DNA of 64,000 nucleotides, taken from contig NW_018479914.1 in the NCBI RefSeq assembly GCF_002113885.1, positions 1-64,000 of the forward strand, read 5' to 3'. A model generated the notes under the pieces. That model made no database searches, had not been told where the DNA came from, and was given only the letters and a program-made list of their open reading frames with translations. This stretch comes from Mizuhopecten yessoensis (Eukaryota). Of this stretch, positions 28,801 to 40,126 are shown piece after piece. Both the position numbers and the translations under genes were made by a program. The number at the start of each line of letters is the position of its first letter. The stretch's first letter is position 1.

Positions 28801-31800
28801 ATCTTTGTTTTATCTTAACCTCTTTCCTTCTTGTAGTACAGAAAGAATGGCAACTCATTGCCAGTGTGGCATGGTAAATAGTAATTAGAGTATCTTGTTT
28901 TTTAACGTTAAACTTTCTTTAATCAACCTTTAATAATGTTTGCTTGCTAGTATTAATCATTTAAATTAACATGTGACAGTTAACTATAATGTCGTACAAT
29001 GTGACATTATTCCATGTCGGTCATTTCCTGTTGTCTACAGCACTCGGCCGTGCCTGTACATTGTTATCCCTCATAATGTTTGTACTCTTCGCAGTTCAAG
29101 TTTACGGGTCAGCTCTCCTCATGTCGTTCAAGGCCATCACCACAATACTGAACATTGTCAAAAGGAATAAATGACTTCCTGATAACCTATCTAATTCATA
29201 ATATAAATAAATCTTTCCTATTGATGTGAAAGTGGTATTGCACATGAGTGTTTCAGATACGAGTAGTAAAAAAAATACATTACTGTTGACAAACGAAAAG
29301 AATATTTTTACATGAATTATGATACATAGTGATGCCATGATAGATATGTTCTGTTACATAAAGAGTTCCTTCTTCTTCCCGAATATTAACTGGTTAAGTG
29401 TAATAGTCATTGTCCAGTCTCATAACTGCGTTATTCACGAGTTGGCCTGTGGAATTCAGGCGTTCAGTGTTCTTTTATTAAACTGGGAAAGTCACGACAT
29501 ATGTACACAATGGAGAAGGAATGTTGTAATAAAGCACACATGTACCTCATAATCTGATAAATATTTAATATGAACTGATCGTTGATATATCAATGCAAGT
29601 TTTAAAGAAGTCCATGGTGTATGAGCAAGACACCAACTTAAACTGATGCCTCCAGCGTCGCTAGCTAAGAGTCAAGTCCATGTTTAATATTTGGTTTACT
29701 GTTTAAACTATAAATAAACCTAATTTGAATATAGGTTTATATTACCGTTTTGCATACCTGTGATGGACCTGTATTTACAAATCCAGTGTAAAGCCTCTAA
29801 ATACATCTATGAACTCGAACTGCTATACCATAACACTAGGTATTATCATACATAAATGGTTCCGCAATCGGAAAATTGTCAGGACTTTCCAAAATATTTA
29901 TTTCAACTTATAAGGCCATAAGGCCCACAAACAGGGTTGTTAACAACTAACAGATTACAAGTAAAACACATGCCACAACATCACAAACGAAATGTAAAAT
30001 TATTTAAAAAATACGTGATAATGTAAGAGTAGTCTTAATTCGACAAAACAAATCCCTCATGGTTTCCGTTTGACGTTTGTCGCTTGACCGTAAGGTTAAC
30101 TATTAAAATTCAACCTTGTTCAAGCCTGTCAGCGTCATTATTTGGTAAAATTAGTTTATTGAAAATGAATCATAAACCGAAAGGAACAACAAAAATAGAC
30201 TAAGAAATACGATGCGTTATTGTTTGAGGGTAAATATAAGAATTAAGATGTCTCCTCGCAACACTTAAGATGGTATGAAACCCCTTTGCTCACAAAAATA
30301 CTCCATCCAAGCTAGTAAAGGTAAGTCATAAATGTATACAATAGTTTCATAATAGCTGTAATTATTTGTGACCGCAAATTGCTTATAGCATTGAAAAATG
30401 ACATTTATCATGTGGTGTTTCCTAGGTAACGCCAACACAGACACAGCGCTGGCCAATGGCGTGTGTGGAACCCCATCAGCTCCAACACCGTATTCCACCA
30501 CCCAGCGATACGCACGTGTGGAAATGGTTTCTGACAGTAACGTAGAGAAGTCGGGGTTTCAGATCGACGTCATTGCTGCTAAAGATTATTGTAAGTTAAG
30601 AAATGTTATTTTGATAATAAGCTTTAACCGTGTCATAATTGTTCACTGAAACGAATCACTGTAGAAATTAAAGGATATGAAACAAGTTCAATGTACATTA
30701 ATTGTCATCAGGTGACATTTTTGCTTCATGAACAATGTTATTTCACAACGAGTTTGGCATCTTTTTTTAATCCTCATCGTTGTTTCCCATAAACATGTTT
30801 TGAATGATTTTATCATAAATAATGAAGGTTGTCTTGGAAACAGATGATTTTGTTGTTTAAATTATCGTCCTGTTGTTTCGCATAAACGATAAGATCGACA
30901 TCTTGTGATACTTTTGGTTTTAACCTCCCTGTTGTTGGTCATAAACAATGTAGGCTGTGTTTGACACCCGGTGGTTTAACCCTCGTCATCATTACGTGAG
31001 GAATGGTATTCTAGTAAAGCTGTGTTAGTAAAACTGTCATTGAAGATAAGGCACTGGTGATAAATGAGATAAAGATCCAGTAGGTGTCGATAATGTAGCT
31101 TCAGTGAACTATTGTTAGTGCTGCCATAGCTAAAATATTAACTTGCAATAAATTATCAGAATTTGAGTGGTACTTAATGTCAGTCTACAACACATAATAT
31201 CTGCGCTTGTGGAACATGTAAGTACTTATTAGATAATATTTCTGTCATGTACAGCGAATATGAACTTTACTAGATTTTAAAAGAAATGGCGTATGTGTAT
31301 ATTATTAATGTCAATGACTAATATATTGCCAATGTCAACACAACGACTCGTTAAATATAAATCCTACCTCACTGTTCTGTCTTCTTTGATAGTGTAACAT
31401 TTTCTCACATTACTGGTATAATATACTGAAGAACAGCTTACCTCGCTCTACCAACTCGTTTATATAAAACATAAAGGGGGGTCGGATGGTGTAGTGGAAA
31501 GCACACTTGCCTTTCAACAAGGCGGCCGCGGTTCGATTCCCCGATCGAACGTGAAAGGGTATGTGGCCACCTGCCCGACCACGTGGGTCTTTTCCCGGTA
31601 TCCCGGTTTCCTTCCACATTAAGACCACCCGCGCAGTAACATCCGGGCCAACAAAAGTGATTGAAATAAGTTGTAAAATATTGCTTCATAATTGTTGTAA
31701 AAGAATTAAAGTTTATATTTATATAAAACATTCCTTGCATCTTTGACTCGCTATAATATACTACGGTATACCCTACCTCACTCTACCAACCCGTTTAAAA

Positions 31801-34800
31801 TAAAACGTTTTCGACATCATTGACCTGTTTAAAATACTTAGGTATACACAACCCAGCCACACTAACGCTAATTTACTGCACTGAAATACAAAAAAAATTT
31901 GAATTCATGCTGACTGTATCATTTGAAATAATTTGGTTAATAGAAAAGAAATACAATATTTGGAATATAGGTCAAACGTTATCACTAGAATGACATGATG
32001 TGTCAATGAACTCCCCAGGGAGAGCGGAACGCACTGTCATTAATCTAATTAAAACCAAAATATTTAAAACATTTCTATCAATAGTTCCCAACGTAAGATG
32101 TGTGAAATAAAAACAGTTCCGACTAGGGTTGTGAAACAGAAATATTAAGAAAGGGAATAATTAAGATAGTGTGTTTTAATGGATAAAGCCTATTTACGCT
32201 TGTAGATCAATTTACGGACTTCATTTAGGGGGAGGCAATGATATCACGGACGTCCCGACAGGGTACATATGATTACAATTTAAAATTTAATACTAGCAGA
32301 TAAGCAGTCATTGATGAATACATTAGTCACTTAAACAAATTAGGTAATTAAAAACAAATGTACTTACTAGGTCGTGGTCCAGTGGCATCTGATATCCACT
32401 TTGAAAGGTCATTGATTTTCACCTGAAATTTAAATCGTCACATTCTTATACAGCGCGGCAATATTTAATCTGAATGAATATATATATGCCATTGCAATTT
32501 TGCTATCTGCCAGTGTTAATCGGGCAGAATTAGAATTGTAAATAAATGCGGAAAATTGTTTGCCATTTTGAATTTTAACGAATATAAAGGTGGAGTGTTT
32601 AGGTTGTTTCTGTCACTCCCTGCTCATGTTGACTCAAAACAGCCCGAATCACATTCCCACTATGTAATTGTAGATGTTCCAAGCCCACCGAAGCTACCTA
32701 TACTCAAAATCAACGTTTTACCTCAGTATGCAATGCTATTTTTCTAATATTTACGATAGTTGATTTATAACCATTATTTAAATCATATGTTTAATCAGTT
32801 GGAACGTTTGATACGGTTCGTTTTAGTATCCTATTTTTTAAAGAGCAAATTAAATTGAAACATCCCCAACTAGGCATTTTTAATATACCAGTTGATATAT
32901 TACCACTATCAGTCACTACGCTGTATAAAATGCCGGGTAGGACACCGCTAATGTTATGGGGTCGAATAAATATGTCAGCTAAACTCACGTTCTCAAACAC
33001 ATGTCAGTGTATATTTCATTATAGGAATAACTTTCCCACGACGAATACAATTGCATGTTTATAGATATTAAATTATTCCCGATGCTCAATACTTAGAATA
33101 CGTTATGAGAAAGGTTGCACGCCAGACACTATGTTAAAATGTCTACAAATTTCAACCAGACACTGTCAGGCGTTGAAAAGGCCTAGTCATAAACTTTGTA
33201 ACAATACATATATTACAAACTCTGCAATAAACAATAAACCTTTATATATTAGGATAGAGTTCATACTCATTTCTATTCTAGCGTTTCGATATATTCAAAT
33301 AACGAAAATGTTATTCCTTAGTTTTATTTACTTAATGTTACTGGCGATAATTATGTTTCCTTCTGCAGAGTCTAACTGCTAAGAAAATGTCTATTTGTCA
33401 ATAAATGTGATGACACATTACGGATATTTCTATGTGATACTATTTATGGCGCAATTACATGATTTTAATCTTTTCTAACCAATTAATGTGTTCTTCAATG
33501 CGGAACGACCACTAGAACATAAGGTCACTCTTTTGGCAATGTATTACCCCAATCACGTTACGTAGCATATCTACATGTATAACAAATGAACGAAAATGCG
33601 ATACAAAATCAAATCAAATTATTTGAAACCTATTTTTGTTTGTAAAGTGATATGTTTCCTATTGAACCCTTTATAAAAAATATACACCACCAATATATAA
33701 ATATTGCCGTAACTTGAACATAAGGGATGCTCTATGAATGGTGTTACTTATATTTTCGGATACACCTGTTGTACAGTATCTAATGCACTTTCGGGGAATT
33801 TGATTTCCCTCGTGGGTTTTGTGGAGGGTTCATCATGACTATAAGTTTTGTTTTCGCATTAACTTAGTCCCTGTTGTTGCTGCAAAAGTCACGTTCACAT
33901 GTCGCTGATTTCGAGCTATTGTTTCACATTTTTATGCGACAAAGTTAGGTAGTAAATGTTCACTTACATGTTAATTTTAGCGACCACCCTCCTGTGAAAT
34001 TCGAGAAATTTCGACATTTTAGAGGAATGATGAATGGATATACTGAAACGATATATTTTTTATCAATAGATTGCGTAATTAGACAAGTATATTTAAAATG
34101 TGTAAATATTTACCAAAGAAATTTTGGAAAGAACAATCAAACGATGTAAGGACTTTAATACTTGAAGGAATATTACCACATAGAAATTATTCTAAATCCG
34201 TTTCCTTAAGTGTTCTGATGTGTGATCAGCTAGGCCACAGTAAACTTAATCAGAATTTGGTCCAGATAGTTTATCTCCAGTAATTCCTATAATACTCTTC
34301 TCAGCGTGTATGACGTATGAACTACACACTGTTTGTGTTTGTTTAGTGAACATTATCAGATAGGTCGAACACGTCACAAAAATTTAACGCTCTGATCTCA
34401 CTGCCACTGTTTGTTACAGCGGGAACTGGATGTACGGCCACACAATCCATCACAGCCACCAGCTCGTATCAGATGCTGACCAGCCCTAATTTCCCTGACA
34501 AGTACCCGAGGTAAATATTGCTGTATAGACAGCATTTGTACTCGATTGTGTATATCTCATCATTATCAACACTCTCCGGGTCTGAGGGTCATCATGCTGA
34601 AGACGGTAGCAGCCTGAGTGACACTTATCCTTATCTGGCATTCGAGATATGCTGTTCGGGTCGTGGCTAAGTATCATGTCTATAAACCACTTATAAAAAA
34701 ACAAACACAAAATTATGTAAGGTAAACTTCTTAACTCCACCTTCTTTCATGTCCAATTTATACCTCCCCCGCCCTCTTGTCTTTTCTCTGATATAATGTG

Positions 34801-37308
34801 TGGTCACGCATATTCATGCCATTGTACTATCGCAAACATGCTTTTATACACTTATGATATACAACACAAATAGAAGCAAATATGAAGCATGCAATTTTAC
34901 TGCTAAAATACACACGGTGGTTTCACCTATTATAGACGCCATGACGAGGACCAGACCATACACAGTTCCTCTTCTTTTCCAAATACAAACTATTTTATGA
35001 AAAAAACCCGCAACAGAAGTATCAGATACCATGAAATTCATTTAATGCAAATATTTCATATTGAAATCTACAATAACGAAAGTGAAAAGCAAGCTTCAAA
35101 TATGATAGCATTCAAGTCGTCAGTTTTATAATCGTGAAAAGCCGAATAATATGTAGTTCTCCTGCGAATCGTGTTACAGTAAACAATAGTTGCTATATAC
35201 AGTTACAGTTGTCATGGACTAAATAAATACGAATACGAGCACTGAATGGGACATGCATAACAATACAGGGCGTGGCAGTAATATATGCACTTCTGATAGC
35301 ACTGTCTATTGAGGCCGGATGAATGTTGTCACCGAGAGTTTTACTTATCCTTGATGATAGCTTTATCCGGTTGCTCTATCAAATACCTACAGGAAACTGT
35401 TTGCCATCTGCAGAAATAAGAGACATCTGCAGATGGCAAACAAGTTAATACCACACAAGAAATGATGGTATCATGTAAATCAATCCAGGAAATTGTTAAG
35501 TGAAAAAGTCATTTCGTGACTTCCTCGGTGACAATTGATGACACGCTTGTATCCTGTTACAGCGAATTCGTCACATTTTGACAGACTTGTTTACAAAGAT
35601 ATCAACTGACCTTCTGGTGTATAAATATCTCCTGCAAACAAGTTGTGAAATACACATTATTTCTATCGGGTACTCATTCGAACATCATCGGTAGATAACT
35701 GCAATGACTGTATAGGACATGCACGTTTATTGTATTGTCTTACCTAATCAATGTTCAACATCAAAACATCTCACCCACTGGTGGAGATATCTCTGTGTAC
35801 ATCCAAACACGAGCGCAAGATTCTGTTTATCCTTAAGTTTCATATCAGCTGTTAAATGCACTGCTCATACAATGATGCGTTACACTTGGCTGTTTATCAG
35901 ACATACAGTAAAAGCCATCACAGTGTTAACGATGCACAAGGACCCAAACACAAGACCTTGCTTTTATATATGTCGTATAAAAGGAAAGCATGTTTCTCGG
36001 CGGAAATCTGTTAACAAAGTCATATCAAATCTATTTATAGTAACAGTAATTGCCGATGGGCCCTGACAAGTCCAGATGGATACCTCGAGATAGACGTAAT
36101 TGTAAGTGACGTGGAGGACGACGACCCGACGTCATGTGACTACGATAAGTACCTGATATATGACGGTAGGTGGCGCAGTAAAAAGAATGTGTTGATAAGC
36201 TACCGTGAATATCCTTTCTGTAAAATATTAACGCCATGTGTAAGATAACGGTAGTTACATACTTACTCATGGGAACAACCTATTTAGCTTGCATTACTAT
36301 ATATGTATCTGGAAATTTTCATGACGGTATATAGGGCCATTTACATCTTATTTTTTGGAACAATGTTCACTGTTTCCTATGATACGCATTCAATGAATGA
36401 TTAAACACAGTCCAATACATCACCATGTGTTCCATAAACATGACATTCAACCTACACGTTTATGATCTCGTATTCCGGTGTTTTTATGCTGATCTCATAC
36501 CATATTTATTGTAGGAGCCAACAAATGCGACAATAACAATATAAAAATGATATGCTCTGAATATCCAAAAGTGACATCCTACAGTAATAACTCCACGGAA
36601 TCAACGGTGACCGTCACACTTGAGAGTGACGGTTCCGTCAACAGACGTGGATTTCTGTTGCGCTTCCGGTCCGTTTCCACAGCAACCACTACTACACCTA
36701 CTACTACAACCGTCACAACAGCATTTATCTCCGCCATCAGTTCCACAACCGCCCGCACCACAAATGGTCAACGTGAGTAATTGTTTATAATTAAATATAT
36801 ATAAATATATTAATGACAATTGAATTCCTTTCATTACTCAGATACTCCCCCATGTTAGGATCACCGAAAAGTCCTTGTAGGACGAAACGGCTGTATGGTG
36901 CAGTGTAATTCGTTTCTGGCTTCCTCATCAATTACTATTTGGTTTGGCGCTATCACGTGTATTTGTCTTACGTTCATAAGTCAGTAGTCGCACAACTTGT
37001 TTACAACTTTTTTGTTATTTATTTCAGTTTTAGAAATGAACATGGAACTACTAGTGGGAGTAGTGTTTGGATCCCTGCTGCTGATATCATTCACGATTAT
37101 TACTGTTGTTGTGGTGGTCAAAAAGGTATCCATGCCTCTTGAGAAAACAATAACACCAGTTCAGCCGTACAGACCACGTCCACAACCACCAGAGGTACAG
37201 CCTCGACCGCGACGGTCAAACGGCAGCACGCAACGACCATCTCTTCCTAACGGACACAAGACACAGGCGGCGGGCATAGGAACGACACGAATCGTCAGTG
37301 CCTGGTGA
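25733..37308 (+). CDS. type I membrane protein with two CUB domains, Thr-rich stalk, TM helix and Pro-rich tail (405 aa, 8 coding exons)
   Basis: Exons 25733-25811, 27080-27188, 28678-28787, 30426-30590, 34420-34510, 36041-36165, 36515-36772, 37028-37308; all GT-AG, phases consistent, total 1218 nt. CUB motifs FSSPGY..DCFWLI..IYDG..VCG..SDSNVEKSGF and LTSPNFPDKYP..CRW..CDYDKYLIYDG..SDGSVNRRGF. Confidence 0.92.
27080..27188 (+). CDS. CUB gene exon 2 (CUB1 N-part)
   Basis: VSSQTCSVVDPNVLPSTSEMTVFSSPGYNAGTGTYSA; tttcag / GTGAGT. Confidence 0.9.
28678..28787 (+). CDS. CUB gene exon 3
   Basis: DMDCFWLIDSGAADLKLLIFMTYDTSCPGDKIFIYDG; ttttcag / GTAAGA. Confidence 0.92.
30426..30590 (+). CDS. CUB gene exon 4
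   Basis: NANTDTALANGVCGTPSAPTPYSTTQRYARVEMVSDSNVEKSGFQIDVIAAKDY; tttcctag / GTAAGT. Confidence 0.92.
31473..31717 (+). mobile_element. tRNA-derived SINE with V-SINE-like core, intronic
   Basis: A box tggtgtagtgg, B box ggttcgattccc, core gtgggtcttttcccggtatcccggtttccttccaca; 14-bp target-site duplication tttatataaaacat at 31459-31472 and 31718-31731. Confidence 0.85.
34420..34510 (+). CDS. CUB gene exon 5 (CUB2 N-part)
   Basis: SGTGCTATQSITATSSYQMLTSPNFPDKYP; ttacag / GTAAAT. Confidence 0.92.
35398..35442. other. perfect 17-bp inverted repeat with 11-nt loop, intronic
   Basis: tgtttgccatctgcaga (35398-35414) / tctgcagatggcaaaca (35426-35442). Confidence 0.85.
36041..36165 (+). CDS. CUB gene exon 6
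   Basis: SNSNCRWALTSPDGYLEIDVIVSDVEDDDPTSCDYDKYLIYDG; tttatag / GTAGGT. Confidence 0.92.
36515..36772 (+). CDS. CUB gene exon 7 (CUB2 C-part and Thr-rich stalk)
   Basis: ANKCDNNNIKMICSEYP...ESDGSVNRRGFLLRFRSVSTATTTTPTTTT...NGQ; ttgtag / GTGAGT. Confidence 0.92.
37028..37308 (+). CDS. CUB gene exon 8 (TM helix, cytoplasmic tail, stop)
   Basis: LLVGVVFGSLLLISFTIITVVVVV-KK then PVQPYRPRPQPP...RIVSAW*; atttcag acceptor; AATAAA at ~38175 and ~38642. Confidence 0.9.
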
Positions 37309-40126
37309 CAAGATTAAACAAACACGAAACGATGACGTCATGCTTAGGACACAAACCTATGATGTGGTTTATGAGAAGGCATGGTTAAGTGACGTTACGA
37401 TGGGATTCTTCATTGATTGCTTACTATTGCAATGTGCTGAGTAGGGTTACATGTTGAAATTACTGTGAGTACCCTATGAGAACGCGTATCCGTGTAACAG
37501 ATTACCGTGATGTCACTGCCGGAAGTCTCATTCACACAGCTCATGCAATTCTTCGAATTTCAGAGCGCAACCAACTGTTGTTTTTTGGAGCCAACGAGAG
37601 GCTGAAATGTGACTATGCTATGACTGTAAAACAGATTTTATATCTGCATTGCCTTATTTACCATCGTCAGATGGAAATGCTTACATTGCCCACTGATGTA
37701 AACAGAACGGGCCTTGTGCAATACTACATTCCTTCATTCCAACACATCATCCATATTAATTTATTTCAAACTTAATAGTTTTTTATAATGGTAAATGAAA
37801 ATTTAGGTTTCAGCACCTTCGTCTTCGTTTTTCCGAAATGTTCATAGTAAAACATAATCAAAATTAGTAAGAAAACATGTTTCCCTCCGTACAACTTAAA
37901 GGCTGAGAACTAGTGCATAGATTAATGTTGAAAGATTACCCAGATCATATTCGCCAAGAAAATATGTTTGTGAATATTATGAGCATAGTGGGCTACTTTA
38001 GCGAGATTCAGTTTGGGCGATTTGGCGGACTTACAGGTTAATCGCAAAATGTTAAGCATAAGCGAAATCATATGTAGTAGATATGTTCTAACATTTTTAG
38101 TTTTCTGTTACCAAAGTACTCGAACTTCTTAATTTGACTGCACCGTAGATATTGAACTACATTAAATACATGATAATAAATGTGTAACTCGGTTATTAAA
38201 ATAGAAATCTGGTGCATAATTTAGAAACATCGCCAAATTTTTAATCTGGAAAAATATCGTTCTAAACAGTGGTTTCATAGTGGATGTAACACATGATGTT
38301 AACACTTAATTAGCCACTGCCGTAAATATAATATACTAGTAGCCATTAACACCGATATGCTTTAACTTTAGAAATGACGTTCGTTGTCAATGAGTCGTTT
38401 ACCAATGAAAAACAAAAACAAAACTATAGTTAAACGTCGTATATAACACTAAAAAACAACGGTATCAATGTGATGATGCTAACAAGGTATACAAGAATAC
38501 ATTATCTTGTCAGTGTACATAGATAAGTCCTGAGTACTATAGTCCGGAACCTATCCCAAACTATAGTCAACGAATCAATATAACTAACAAACAGCGCTTT
38601 GATTTCAAACTCTATATATTTTGTGTGTAGTTATTTATAATAATAAAATATTGCAATGACGACTGCAGAAATATTGCATAATGATGAAGAGGTGTGGATG
38701 TTGAATACATGGAATGTGTGGATGTGTTTGTACTAGTTAAATGACATTTAATGGAAGGTTTGTTTGATTTTTTGTACAAAAGGAATGATAGACTAATGAG
38801 TGATTGAATTGAAAAAAAATACTTGCCAAGAGATTTGTACAGGAAGATGTAAGTAAGATAGAGAAAGAAATGGTTGTAAATAATGTGACATAGTTATGTG
38901 ATGTTATCATAACTTTACCCGGTGTATATTTGTTATCATTGTATTTTTTATCTTGTTTAAATACCAATTAAAATGATAAATGTGATTATTTTATAAAGAA
39001 TGATAAAGGAGCTTATCAAAGGGATATGCGTTCTTTGATTTTTGTTATTCATACAAAATAAACAACAATATCAGTAAAGTAGGAAATCTAAAAAATATTT
39101 CTTTTTTAAAGATTGTTACAATACGTTATTTTCATTATCAAGAAAAAATTGAAGAGAAAAAAAAAGAGAAAAAAATAATGAGAGGATACAACAGTCACGG
39201 GCCGTTACTTACTTTTATAAATGTTTTGGAAAGTTTCTAGAAAGACCAGAATCTCGATATGGTTTTATTAACCGCAGTAATAGCCGACAATCGGGTCAGG
39301 ACAAAACGTGGTATCAGAGGGAGACGAAGGCATAGCCAACATGAAGATCTTGTTCCAAAATTGTTTTTTCTGAAACCAAGACAACTGGAGAAGTTCAGCA
39401 GGACGATTGCAGACGTAAACAACAAATTCAATATGAAATAAAAGGCTCAAAAGCAAGTATTGTTTCAAAGGCTTCTAAATATGTAACATTTGCTTTTGAA
39501 ATCATAGTTACATTATTTGGCAATAACATAACAATTTTGCAATGCCTTCAGAATTCGTGCAGCTTAATCACTCGTAGTTTAGTGGCATCTAAGTTTTTGT
39601 CAAATTGCAAACAACCGACAATTCACAAGCAAAACCGATGACCAGGACGTGATAACCTACCCCTCTCCAACTTATACAATGTACATGTCAAATATATATA
39701 TGTTTTAAAGATAAGCACTTGTAGATTTCAATTGCACAGTATTTTGTCACCATTTCCCACTCTGAATTCCTCGGAGGCATCCTATTTAAGCACAAATAGC
39801 TTAGGACAGGACCTACAGACATACGAAAGACTTGCTGATGGACTGAATTAGTGAGACGAGTTTCAAACAAAAACAAAGATAAATTCTGGACTTTATTTCA
39901 CCAGTAATTACAATAGTACGTTAGATATCAGTTAAATTTGTTTCTTCTTGTTAACAGTTGATTAAGTATGGAGTGGGGAGAAACTAGACACCATACATTA
40001 ACATGGCAGACACTTAAACAAATAACAAATACATCATGAGCAAGGTCAACACCATGAACAGTTACTAAAACTTGGGGCAAATGTAGCTGATCCTGAGAGG
40101 AAGCGTTTACAGTACCAAATTAATCA

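Noticed and set aside
31476-31550. tRNA gene
   Set aside because: The A/B boxes continue into a SINE core and the element is flanked by a target-site duplication; no proper cloverleaf.
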